Assembly: GCF_044704955.1 (NCBI RefSeq)
Contig: NC_091997.1
Span: forward strand, 78,678,001-78,742,000
Source: Pristiophorus japonicus
Taxonomy: Eukaryota
DNA: 64,000 nt
Reading direction: 5' to 3'
The number at the start of each line of letters is the position of its first letter. Position 1 is the first letter of the stretch. The notes beneath the pieces are model-generated. The model did not search any database, was not told where the DNA came from, and worked only from the letters and a program-made list of their open reading frames with translations. Positions 1-12,201 of this stretch are shown here, in pieces. A program made the position numbers and the translations under genes.

Positions 1-166
1 GCTGCTTTCAAGTTGGAGCTTCACGCAGTGTGATGTGCATAACCGTTACAGTCATTGTGACCTGCGATATAAGATCTTCCTCCCTCCATTTAAATATGCT
101 GCCAATACCGCCTGCTGCACCCTGGGAACACTTGATTTTTCAGACCTTTCCTGGGGCGGGTGTTTA

Positions 167-320
167 ATAATAATCATTTTTATTTATATAGCGTCTTCAA
201 TGTAGTAAAACATCTGAAGGTGCTTCACAACACATTAGATATTGACAAGGGAGGGAAAGAGAGAAAAAGCGGGAGAATGAGTGTAAAAGAGGTTAGAGGC
301 TCAGGTCCGAAGCAGCTGCC
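167..320 (-). mobile_element. Degenerate L2 LINE 3' end
   Basis: Reverse complement of the L2 tail (tttatatagcgtcttcaatgtagtaaaacatc), matching the tails at 16866 and 38630. Confidence 0.55.
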
Positions 321-1100
321 AAAATGCACATGCAGATAGACACAGGCAACAAAACTAAAGAAAAATAAATTCAAATTACATTGTAAATAAGATAATAAGG
401 AATATGCAATAGTAAAATCAGTGTAATAAAGATTAATTATAATTAAACAAAATTAAATAATATATTCAATATTTATACATTAAGTTAAAATTAGAAAATC
501 AGCAATTGAAGCAAATTAAATGTTTTTAATTTTCTTTAAAATTCATTCCCTGTCCATTGAGTCAATTAATATGGAAACTCAATCACCGCCCTTCATCCTT
601 GTGATGTCATTAATGAGGCGTTGGGGACGAATTTTGCATCCGGGGCGCAAGCAGAGCATTGCACGATGATTGACGTCATGACCTCAGTGAAGCTAGAGGG
701 TGGGGCGGTAAGCTTTTGCACCGCCGCAAACTATGAGCCGAATTTGCCAGCCGGGCGGTAAAAGCTGGACGCCTATCGTAACGCCGAGAAACACCCTTTA
801 CTGCCTTTCTGGGGCAGTGTCCAGGAGATTAATCTTTAATTCCTGGAGACTGCAGGAGAATCGTGAAGGGTTGGTAACCCTATCCTAAGATACACTATTT
901 CCAAATACTCACATCCACAACAGTATCATTCCCAGAAGCAGCTATTGCATGCAGCTTTCACCTGGTACAAGATTAAAGTCCTCCAGTAGCCAGACCTCTA
1001 ACTCCGGCCACTTTTGCATACAGCCCACAACCTTTCTGCCATTCTTCCCAACATTTGCCCCAGTTACTCAGCTTTCTTGCTTGCAGATTGGAGTCTGAGA

Positions 1101-4100
1101 AATGTCCAAGGGGGAGTGTTTGCCAGTGCTGTTGGGGAGGAGTTAAACTAATATGGCAGGGGGATGGGAACCAATGCAGGGAGACAGAGGGAAACAAAAT
1201 GGAGACACAAGCAAAAGACAGAAAGGAGATGAGTAAAAGTGGAGGGCAGAGAAACCCAAGGCAAAAAACAAAAAGGGCCACTATACAGCAAAATTCTAAA
1301 GGGTCAAAGTGTAATAAAAAGGCAAGCCTGAAAGCTCGGTGCCTCAATGCGAGGCGTATTCGGAACCCAGGAGAGGGCTCTGAGCTAGTTAGAGTGAGTG
1401 AGAGCTCAGATGAACAGGACCCCAAGAAAAAATGCAAAAGGCAGGAGGCAACAGAGCAGAGTAGCACTGGGGTAAGTGTAAACCACAAGGTGATAGGAAG
1501 GGACAATATGTATGAATATAAAGGGCTGCAGGAGGGCTCAAAACTAAAAATCATGGTTTCAACACTAGTATTAAAACACTCTACCTAAACGCACGCAGCA
1601 TTTGAAATAAATTAAATGAGTTGATGGCACAAATCATTACAAATGGGTATGATTTGGTGGCCATTACAGAAATGTGGTTTCAGGGTGGCCAAGACTGGGA
1701 ATTAAACATACACGGGTATCTGACAATTCGGAAAGATAGACAAGAAGGGAAAGGAGGTGGGGTAGCTCTGTTAATAAAGGATGATATCAGGGCAGTTGTG
1801 AAAGACGATATTGGCTCTAATGAACAAAATGTTGAATTATTGTGGGTGGAGATTAGAGATAGTAAGGGGAAAAAGTCACTGGTGGGCGTAGTTTATAGGC
1901 CCCCAAATAATAACTTCACGGTGGGGCGGACAATAATCAAGGGAATAATGGAGGCATGTGAAAAAGGAACGGCAGTAATCATGGGGGATTTTAACCTACA
2001 TATCGATTGGTCAAATCAAATTGCACGGGGTAGCCTGGAGGAGGAATTCACAGAATGCATACGGAATTGTTTCTTAGAACAGTATGTTATAGAACCTACA
2101 AGGGAGCAAGCTATCTTAGATCTGGTCCTGTGTAATGAGACAGGAATAATAAACGATCTCCTAGTAAAAGATCCTCTTGGAATGAGTGATCACAGTATGG
2201 TTGAATTTAAAATACAGATTAAGGGTGAGGAAGTAGTGTCTCAAACGAGCGTACTATGCTTAAACAAAGGGGACTACAGTGGGATGAGGGACGAGTTGGC
2301 TAAAGTAGACTGGGAACACAGACTAAGCGGTGGCACAATTGAGGAACAGTGGAGGACTTTTAAGGAGCTCTTTCATAGTGCTCAACAAAAATATATTCCA
2401 GTGAAAAAGAAGGGCAGTAAGAGAAGGGATAACCAGCCGTGAATAACCAAGGAAATAAAGGAGAGTATCAAATTAAAAACCAATGCGTATAAGGTGGCCA
2501 AGGTTAGTGGGAAACTAGAAGATTGGGAACATTTTAAACAACAGCAAAGAATGACTAAGAAAGCAATAAAGAAAGGAAAGATAGATTACGAAAGTAAACT
2601 TACACAAAACATAAAAACAGATAATAAAAGCTTTTACCAATATATAAAACTGAAAAGAGTGACTAAAGTAAATGTTGGTCCCTTAGAAGATGAGAAGGGG
2701 GATTTAATAATGGGAAATGTGGAAATGGCTGAGACCTTAAACAATTATTTTGCTTCCGTCTTCACAGTGGAAGACACAAAAACCATGCCAAAAATTGCTG
2801 GTCACGGGAATGTGGGAAGAGAGGACCTTGAGATAATCAATATCACTAGGGGGGTAGTGCTGGACAGGCTAATGGGACTCAAGGTAGACAAGTCCCCTGG
2901 TCCTGATGAAATGCATCCCAGGGTATTAAAAGAGATGGCGGAAGTTATAACAGATGCATTCGTTATAATCTACCAAAATTCTCTGGACTCTGGGGAGGTA
3001 CCAGCGGATTGGAAAGCAGCTAATGTAACGCCTCTGTTTAAAAAAGGGGGCAGACAAAAGGCAGGTAACTATAGGCCGGTTAGTTTAACATCTGTAGTGG
3101 GGAAAATGCTTGAAGCTATCATTAAGGAAGAAATAGCGGGACATCTAGATAGAAATAGTGCAATCAAGCAGATGCAACATGGAATCATGAAGGGGAAATC
3201 ATGTTTAACTAATTTACTGGAATTCTTTGAGGATATAACTAGCATGGTGGATAGAGGTGTACCGATGGATGTGGTGTATTTAGATTTCCAAAAGGCATTC
3301 GATAAGGTGCCACACAAAAGGTTACTGCAGAAAATAAAGATACACGGAGTCAGAGGAAATGTATTAGCATGGATAGAGAATTGGCTGGCTAAATGAAAGC
3401 AGAGAGTCGAGATAAATGGGTCCTTTTTGGGTTGGAAATCGGTGGTTAGTGGTGTGCCACAGGGATCGGTGCTGGGACCACAACTGTTTACAATATACAT
3501 AAATGAGCTGGAAGAGGGGACAGAGTGTTGTGTAACAAAATTTGCAGATGACACAAAGATTAGTAGGAAAGCGGGTTGTGTAGAGGACACAGAGAGGCTG
3601 CAAAGAGATTTAGATAGGTTAAGCGAATGGGCTAAGGTTTGGCAGATGGAATACAATGTCGGAAAATGTGAGGTCATCTACCTTGGAAAAAAAAACAGTA
3701 AAAGGGAATATTATTTGAATGGGGAGAAATTACAACATGCTGCGGTGCAGAGGGACCTGGGGTCCTTGTGCATGAAACTCTTTTTGGAGTTTATCTGCAA
3801 AACAAAAAAACATTAAACCGTGCCACCCGACCTGGATGACACACCAGACATTTACAAGGCCCTCTTTTTTTCCTTTTTTTGTTTTTTTTTTGTGTTTTCT
3901 TTTTTTGGTTTTTTTTTGGGCACTAAAATCACATTTTTCCCCCAGTGCCCCCTATAAAAGGGAAGGGGGACACTAAAAGCACCGGCAATTAAAACAAATT
4001 AAACTTTAAAACGTAAAATCAAATTAAAATTTGGTTGCCGGGCGTGATGATGCACTCCAGTCCCTCCGGTGCCCACCTCTCGCGGAAGGCCGCGAGCGTA

Positions 4101-4977
4101 CCGGTGGACACCGCGTGCTCCATCTCCAAGGACACCCTGGACCGGATGTAAGAGCGGAAGAGAGGCAGGTAGTCAGGTTGAACGACCCCCTCGACCGCCC
4201 GCTGCCTGGACCGGCTGATGGCACCCTTGGCCGTGCCCAGGAGCAGTCCTACGAGGAGGCCCTCGGACCTACCCGCTCCCCTTCCTTGTGCATGAATCCC
4301 AAAAAAAGTTAGTTTGCAGGTGCAGCAGGTAATCAGGAAGGCGAATGGAATGTTGGCCTTCATTGCGAGAGGGATGGAGTACAAAAGCAGGGAGGTCCTG
4401 CTGCAACTGTACAGGGTATTGGTGAGGCCGCACCTGGAGTACTGCGTGCAGTTTTGGTCACCTTACTTAAGGAAGGATATACTAGCTTTGGAGGGGGTAC
4501 AGAGACGATTCACTAGGCTGATTCCGGAGATGAGGGGGTTACCTTATGATGATAGATTGAGTAGACTGGGTCTTTACTCGTTGGAGTTCAGAAGGATGAG
4601 GGGTGATCATATAGAAACATTTAAAATAATGAAAGGGATAGACAAGATAGAGGCAGAGAGGTTGTTTCCACTGGTCGGGGAGACTAGAACTAGGGGGCAC
4701 AGCCTCAAAATACGGGGGAGCCAAATTAAATCCGAGTTGAGAAGTAATTTCTTCTCCCAGAGGGTTGTGAATCTGTGGAATTCTCTGCCCAAGGGAGCAG
4801 TTGAGGCTAGCTCATTGAATGTATTCAAATCACAGATAGATAGATTTTTAACCAATAAGGGAGTTAAGGGTTATGGGGAGCGGGCGGGTAAGTGGAGCTG
4901 AGTCCATCTTGTTGAATGGCGGAGCAGGCTCGAGGGGCTGGATGGCCTACTCCTGTTCCTAATTCTTATGTTCTTAT
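1101..4977 (+). mobile_element. CR1 (HER1-like) LINE, 5'-truncated: end of ORF1 plus ORF2 (APE endonuclease + RT), decayed
   Basis: ORF1 C-terminus NVQGGVFASAVGEELN*. APE motifs VAITEMW, GVVYRPP, MGDFN, SDH. RT motifs [37 protein letters not shown]. 3' tail ttcttatgttcttat. Premature stops at about 1603, 2440 and 3394. Confidence 0.95.
3777..4282 (-). mobile_element. Tx1/L1-clade non-LTR retrotransposon 3' fragment inserted in the CR1 ORF2
   Basis: 14-bp TSD tccttgtgcatgaa at 3763-3776 and 4283-4296. Minus-strand peptide LLVGLLLGTAKGAISRSR...LFRSYIRSRVSLE...FRERW resembles the Tx1 ORF2 C-terminus and is followed by an A-rich 3' UTR. Confidence 0.75.
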
Positions 4978-5736
4978 ATCACTGTGCTGCCATTGACCCC
5001 AGGCTTTGCACAGTTGACTACATTCCCCAGTGCAGATGACCCAATCTCCCATGTTCGCGCATCATTGTGGGCCTACAGTTTTACGGGTCTGTGGTCTGCC
5101 AAAAGAATGACCTCCTCCATGCCCTCTCCTGCAGGGGACTGGCATCGATTGTCAAATATCAAAATGGCACATCTATACAAGATACCATTTACCTTCACAC
5201 GGGACTGGACTGAGCCACAGTGTAAATGTGTTGGTAAGTGAAAAATGCAAGTAACTTTCTGCTTCTAAAGCTCCTGGTTCACCCCCTTACACACCGCAAT
5301 CTCTCCATCAATCTCGCATATCTCTCTCACAGATTACAATCTCTGTTTAAACCATTTCCCTCTCTTTCTCATAGATCTTGTTTTCCCCATAGAGTGCAAT
5401 CACTGCCTGAGCCATTTGCTGTTCTCCTTCATTGATCGCACTCTCCGTTACAGTCCTTGGCTGCTTTCCTTACCATCATCTTCATACCCCTCATAAATTG
5501 CAAACTCCTCTTCCATCCCCGATTATCCCTCATTCATATTCATTTCCTAATCTCCAGTTTGCTTTTTTTAATTTGTCTACGCTGATTATTGGCCTTATTG
5601 TCTCAGTGCATCATATCTCAATGCAGCTTCTTTTTTTCTCAGTCTCCTTTATTTCCTCCTGCCTGTTCAATAACTTCAGGAATTGAAGTTTGCAGTTTGG
5701 ATTGACATTCTGACCTGTTTTATATCTGCATTACTA

Positions 5737-6370
5737 TCAGCTGTGGCTCAGTGGGCAGCACCCTTGCCTTTGAGTCGGAAGGTTGTGGGTTCAAGTCCCA
5801 CTCCAGGAGTTTGAGCATAAAGGTCTAGGTTGACACTCCAGTGCAGAGGTGGAGACATTAAACCGAGGCCCCGTCTGCCCTAAAAGATCCCCTTATACTA
5901 TTTTGAAGACGAGCAGGGGAGTTCTCCCTGGTGTTCTGGCCAATATCTCATCATCATCATAGGCAGTCCCTCGGAATCGAGGAGGACCTGCTTCCACTCC
6001 CAAAGTGAGTTCTTTGATGGCTGAACAATCCGATACACGGGCCAAAGACGCTGTTACAGGTGGAACAGACATTCGTCAGGGGAAGGGGTCAGTGGGGCTG
6101 GTTTGCCGCGCGCTCCTTCCGCTGCCTGCGCCTGGCCTCTTCATGCTCCTTGCGTCGAGACTCAAAGAGCTCAACGCCCTCATTCAACATAACAAAATCA
6201 GATTATCTGGTCATTATCACATTGCTGTTTGTGGGAGCTTTCTGTGCGCAAATTGGCTGCAGCATTTCCCACATTACAACAGTGACTACGCTTCACAAAG
6301 TATTTCATTGGCTGCCCATTGGGACCTCCGGTGATTGTGAAAGTTGCTATATAAATACAAGTCTTGCTTC
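5737..6370 (+). mobile_element. SacSINE1-like DeuSINE interrupted by an RTE 3' fragment (5948-6180, minus strand)
   Basis: tRNA-derived head (A box tggctcagtgg, B box ggttcaagtcc), Deu core, L2-like tail. The insert ends in an RTE (cat)n tail. Confidence 0.85.
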
Positions 6371-7172
6371 TTTATCATTCCCTACTAATACAAGGAGTAA
6401 CGGACTCCTCTTTTGGAAAGCATTTGGCAACAGATGATACCATTCCCTGAGAACTTTGTTTCTACATTTTATTTACAAGGTTGCAGAGATAAAGAAATAC
6501 CAACTACACTCTCCACAAAGTGAGGGGACAGTGAGTTTTTAGTGGTGTGGCAGTTCAGATTCCACCCGTTCCACAGTTTGTATCTCTCAGTTTGACCTCC
6601 ACTGAGAAAGTCATTCACCACAATGATTAAAAGACAGCTACGGGAAGTGAGTTAAGTGAGAAAACTTTATCTAAATACTTCATCTGTGGCAATGTTGCAA
6701 TTCCTAGAACAAAAGTCATAGAATTCATGGTATTCTGCAGTGTAACCATTATCAATCTACAGTGATAGCCTTTGCACCTCTAATTTCAAAATACTGCCAA
6801 TCTAAATGCAAATGCCTTGTCTTTGTAGAGTTGTTATAACTAATGCAAAATATTCCAATGAGGACAAAGAAACTAAACAAAAATAAACCGGATAGATATT
6901 AAAGGAATATTAACACTGTTGGAAAGTTATTGGCTTGCCCAGCGTGCTTCAGTTTGTGAAACGCATTGAGAAGTCTACGTCGTCACGGTTTTATGTCCGT
7001 ATGCCTCGTACAGAACGCACACTCTCTCCCCATATCATACACTGCCCTTACCGGTGCCCAGGGAACTGTGGGACTGATTGCCAAGGATCTTACCATTGCC
7101 CGTCCAGCTGGATTGACCCAATCTATTAGGGATATTTGAAGCATAATTGGTAGAATCCTAGCAGCTAGTGTT

Positions 7173-7843
7173 CTCAAATCTGTCATCAAGTTCATGTTCT
7201 ACAGGGCTGCAGTGATAGCCGCCCTCGTGTATGGCTCCGAGACATGGACCATGTACAGTAGACACCTAAAGTCGCTGGAGAAATACCACCAACGATGTCT
7301 CCACAAGATCCTGCAAATCCCCTGGGAGGACAGACGCACCAACCTTTGTGTTCCCGCTCAGGCCAACATCCCCAGCATCGAAGCACTGACCACACCCGGC
7401 CAGCTCCACTGGGCGGGCCACATTATTCACATGTCCGACACAAGACTCCCAAAGCAAGCACTCTATTCAGAACTCCTATATGGCAAGCGAGCCCCAGGTG
7501 GGCAGAGGAAACGTTTCAAGGACACCCTCAAGGCCTCCTTGATAAAGTGCAACATCCCCACTGACACCTGGGAATCCCTGGCTAAAGACCGCCCTAAATG
7601 GAGGAAGAGCATCCGGGAGGGCGCTGAGTACCTCGAGTCTCGTCGCCGAGAGCATGCAGAAATCAAGCACAGGCAGCGGAAGGAGCGAGTTGCAAACCAG
7701 ACTCCCCGCCCATCCTTTCCCTCAACCACTGTCTGTCCCACCCGAGACTGTAATTCCCGTATTGGACTCTACAGCCATCTGAGAACTCATTTTTGGAGTG
7801 GAAGCAAGTCTTCCTCGATTTAGAGGGACTGCCTATGATGATG
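7173..7843 (+). mobile_element. RTE LINE 3' fragment
   Basis: YGSETW...LEKYHQRCL...RLPKQ...C2H2-like end (LYSHLRTH); (tga)n tail. Confidence 0.9.
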
Positions 7844-7964
7844 AATGCCAAGTCTATCCCTCAAAGCCACATTAATGAGCTAGGTGCTGGTCGCTGGGTT
7901 TGAGCATCGCAGTCTTCAGGTACTTGATGGTTCCAATTTCACATCTTGGACAGGAGGTGCTGGT

Positions 7965-8183
7965 AATATTTCTGCTGTAACCATTTATGCCTCCTCTGGA
8001 CCCATCTTTTGTTTCTTTACTTGTTCCATTTTGATTTGCAGCATCGTCCCTTTTGTCATATAATCATTCCTGCCTTCCACTTTATCACAGACCTTCACTT
8101 TGTTCTTTGCAAACCTCCTGCCCCCACCCCTACATCTGGACTTTGAACTCGATCTTCTAGCCCTGATGATAGGTCATCGACCT
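7965..8183 (+). mobile_element. Penelope-like element 3' fragment ending in a truncated hammerhead core
   Basis: Similar to the reverse complement of 25200-25420; ends ctgatga-t-aggtc-atc-gacct where the L2 fragment begins. Confidence 0.65.
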
Positions 8184-8545
8184 CGCCCCTCCTTAGTCTC
8201 TGCAATCTCCTCCAGCCCCACAACCTCCCGCGATTATCTGTGCTCCTCTAATTCTGCCCTCCTGAGCATCCCTGATTACAATCGCTCAACTATTGGTGGC
8301 CCTGCCTTCTGTTGCCTGGGCCCCAAGCTCAGGAACTCCCTGCCTAAACCTCTCCACCTCTCTACCTCTCTTTCCTCCTTCAAGCCGCTCCTTAAAACCT
8401 ATCTCATTGGCCAAGCTTTTGGTCACCTGCACTAATTTCTACTTATGTGGTTCGGTGTCAAATTTTTTACCTCAATACTCCTGTGATGTACTTTGGGACG
8501 TTTCACTACATCAAAGGCGCTATATAAATACAAGTTGTTGTTGCT
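8184..8545 (+). mobile_element. L2 LINE 3' fragment
   Basis: TIGGPAF...NSLP...SLSSFK.LLKTYL peptide; tail ggcgctatataaatacaagttgttgttg. Confidence 0.85.
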
Positions 8546-8555
8546 GTTTAGTATA

Positions 8556-8560
8556 TCAGC

Positions 8561-8591
<31 letters not shown>

Positions 8592-9007
8592 CGTCAGAAA
8601 ATTGTGGGTTCAAGTCCCACTCCAGGGATTGGAGCACAATAATCTAGGCTGATGCACCCAGTGCAGTGCTGAGGGAGTACTGCACTGTCGGAGGTGCCGT
8701 CTTTCAGATATGATGTTAAGCTGACGGCCCGTCTGTTCTCTCAGGTGGATGTAAAATATGCCATGGTACTATTTTGAAGAAAAGCAGGGGATTTTTCCCT
8801 GGTGTCCTGGCCAGTATTTATCCCTCCAGCAGTATCGCTAAAAACAGATTATCTAGTCAGTATAAAATTGCTTTTTGTGGGAGCTTGCTGTGCGCAAATT
8901 ATCTGCCTCGTTTCCTACATTACAACAGTGACTGTACTTCATTGGTTGTAAAGCGCTTTGCAACGTCCTGAGATTAAATAAATGCGCTATATAAATGCAA
9001 GTCTTTT
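8556..9007 (+). mobile_element. SacSINE1-like DeuSINE, near full length
   Basis: A/B boxes, Deu core (gtcggaggtgccgtctttc...), tail gcgctatataaatgcaagtc. Confidence 0.88.
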
Positions 9008-9612
9008 ATGGGTTCCTCCATACCTCAAATAAATTAGAATTTTATGTTTGCAATGTATGAGAGTCAGCTGCTGTATTTTTACATCATAAACCATTTTGCT
9101 AATTATTGTAAATAACTTCTACCAATTTTGATGTATCCCTGTGTTTCTGTTTCTCTCCTGCAGTCACGTATCTTTATTGATTTCTCTCTGTCTTGGGTCT
9201 GTCCCCTCTCGCCACCACCCGCCCACACCCAACTCCCCCGCCCACTCTAGCCTCCTTAATGTACTATCAGCAAAGGAGGAGCAGATTACAATAATAATGC
9301 CAAGAATTACCTAGATATGACTGTGGAATAATCATAAATTTTCACCCTGGAAAATTTGAATGCTGTTTCTGTTTTACAGTTGCCTGAGAGATAAGGTAAG
9401 TGAAGTCTTGGCAGTTAGTCTCAAAAATGTGATGAATACACAATAACAAAGTGTTATACCTAAAACAGATTGGTGAACTGGCTGGGTTTACTTTGCAACA
9501 ATTTCTAGGTTTTATTTTAAAACATTCAAACTATTTATCCTCTCCCCCCCCCCCCTCCCCCAACCCCCCACCCTGCCACGCACCCCCGCCCCGCCTTGCT
9601 GTCCAATTTACA

Positions 9613-10674
9613 CTCCCCACTGGAGTGGAATTAAACTACAGAACCAGCTGTTCAACCTTCACCGTCTCCAGGCTAGGTCCAAGACCACCCCAACCTCTGT
9701 CGTCGAGCTACAGAACGCGGACGACGCCTGCGTCTGCGCACACTCAGAGGCTGAACTCCAGGACATAGTCGGCGTATTTACCGAGGCGTACAGAAGTATG
9801 GGCCTTACGCTAAACATCCGGAAGACAAAGGTGCTCCACCAGCCTGCCCTCACAGCACAGCACTGCCCCCCAGTCATCAAGATCCACGGCGCGGCCCTCG
9901 ACAACGTGGACCATTTCCCATACCTCGGGAGCCTCTTATCAACAAAAACAGACATTGATGAGGAGATTCAACACCAGCTCCAGCGCGCCTTCGGCCGCCT
10001 GAGGAAAAGAGTGTTCAAAGACCAGGCCCTCAAATTTACCACCAAGCTCATACCCGCCCTCCTGTATGGCTCAGAGACATGGACCATGTACAGTAGACAC
10101 CTCAAGTCGCTGGAGAAATACCACCAATGATGTCTCCGCCAGATCCTACAAATTCCCTGGCAGAACAAACGCACTAACATTTGCGTCTTCGACCAGGCCA
10201 ACATCCCCAGCATTGAAGCACTGACCACACTTGATCAGCTCCGCTGGGCGAGCCACGTCATCCGCATGCCAGACACGAGCCTCCCAAAGCAAGCGCTCCA
10301 CTCTTTATGGCAAACGAGCCAAAGGTGGACAGAGGAAACGTTACAAGGACACCCTCAAAGCCTCCCTGGTAAATTGCAGCATCCTCTCCGACTCCTGGGA
10401 GTCCCTGGCCAAAGACCGCCCTGGGTGGAGGAGGCGGATCCGGGAGGGTGCTAAGCGCCTCGAGACTCGTCAGCGAGTGCATGCGGAAAACAAGCGCAGG
10501 CTGCGGAAGGAACCTGCGGCAAACCTGTCCCACCCTCTCTTACCCTCAACGACTATCTGTCCCACCTGTGACAGCGACTGTGGTTCTCGTATTGGACAGT
10601 TCAATCACCTAAGGACTCATTCTAAGAGTGGAAGCAAGTCTTCCTCGATTCCGAGGGACTGCCTATGATGATGA
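9613..10674 (+). mobile_element. RTE LINE 3' part flanked by a very long target duplication
   Basis: RT ADD motif, GLTLNIRKTKV, F.YLGS, YGSETW and (tga)n tail. Flanks 9374-9614 and 10675-10854 are direct repeats. Confidence 0.9.
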
Positions 10675-10929
10675 TTACAGTTGCCTGAGAGATAAGGTAA
10701 GTGAAGTCTTGCAGTTAGTCTCAAAAATGTGATGGATACACAGATTGTGGAGTAGGGTGGTGAACTGGCTGGGTTTACTTTGCAACAATTTCTCGGTTTT
10801 ATTTTAAAACATTCAAACTATTTATTCACCCCCGCCTTGCTGCCAATTTACACTTCTCCTTACCTGCTCTCTTGAATATAGGAACAGGAGTAGGCCGTTC
10901 AGCTCTTCTGCCGGTCAATGAGATCATTG

Positions 10930-11665
10930 GGGCGGGCTAACAAGGCAAGGGAATACACATTAAATGGTAGGACACTGAGAAGTGTAGAGGAGCAAAGGGA
11001 CCTTGGAGTGCAGGCCCACAGATCCCTGAAGGTAGCGGGCCAGGTTGATAAGGTGATTAGGAAGGCATACATACTTGCCTTTAGTAGCTGAGGCATAGAA
11101 TACAAGAGCAGGGAGGTTGTGCTTGAACTGTATAAAACACTAGTTAGGCCACAGTTGGAGTACTGCGTGCAGTTCTGGTCACCATATTACAGGAAAGATG
11201 TGATTGCACTGGAGAGGGTCCAGAGGAGATTTATGAGGATGTTGCCTGGACTGGAGAATTTTAGCTATGATGAAAGATGTTTTCTTTGGAACAGAGGAGG
11301 CTGAGGTGAGACCCAATTGAGGTGTATAAAATTATGAGGGGCCTAGATAGAGTGGATATGAAGGACCTATTGCCCTTAGCAGAGGGCTTAACAACCAGGG
11401 GACATAGATTTAAAGTAATTGGTAGGAGGTTTAAAGGGGAATTGAGGAGAAATATTTTTACCCAGAGGGTTGTGAGGGTCTGGAAGGCTGGAAGAGGCAG
11501 AAACCCTCACCATATTTAAAAAGTACTTGGATGTGCACCTGAAGTGGTAACCTGCAGGGCTACGGACCGAGAGCTGGAAAGTAGGATTCAGCTGGATAGC
11601 TCTTTTGTCGGCTGGCACGGACACAATGGCCTCCTTCTGTGCTGTAAACTTCTATGATTCTACGA
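10930..11665 (+). mobile_element. CR1 LINE 3' fragment (different subfamily)
   Basis: LYKTLVRPQLEYCVQFWSP; tail ttctatgattcta. Confidence 0.85.
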
Positions 11666-12201
11666 TCATGGCTGGTCTATGACCAAGCTCTGTGAGGGCA
11701 TTGACTCACCGCTGTGTGCTGTATATCAGTTGAGATGTTAAACTTAATGCTCTTCTGTCTGTTCGGGTGGGTGTATAAAGAGAAGTAGGAGAGTTCTCCC
11801 AGCTTTGGCTAGCGTTCAACTCTCAATCAAACACCACCAAAACAGATTCACTGGTCACTTATCTTATTTTTTGTTCGTGGCAACTTGCTGTGTGTTGTTA
11901 CATTTCCCAACGTCGTTATTATGCCTGAGGACATGAAAGATACCGTGGCTGAGTGGGTAGCAGCTTTTCCTCTGAGTCAGAAGGTTGTGGGTTCAATCCG
12001 ACTCCAGGAACTTGAGCACCAAAATCTAGGCTGATACTCCCAGTGCATTACTGAGGGAGTGCTGCACTGTCGGAGGTGCAGTCTTTCGGATGAGATGTTA
12101 AACCGAGGCTCTCTCTGCCCTCTCAGGCGGTCTTAAAAGATCCCATGGCACTGTTTCAAAGAAGAGCAGGGGGGTTATCCCTGGTGTCCTGTCCAATATT
12201 T

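Noticed and set aside
3069-3677. Antisense ORFs over LINE RT regions (also 13445-13837 and 14731-15432)
   Set aside because: They are shadow ORFs of CR1 ORF2.
4984-5241. Coding exon or Myb/SANT fossil next to the CR1
   Set aside because: A donor site is present, but no frame on either strand gives a recognisable domain.
8556-8630. tRNA gene
   Set aside because: The A/B boxes belong to DeuSINE heads and run directly into the SINE body.
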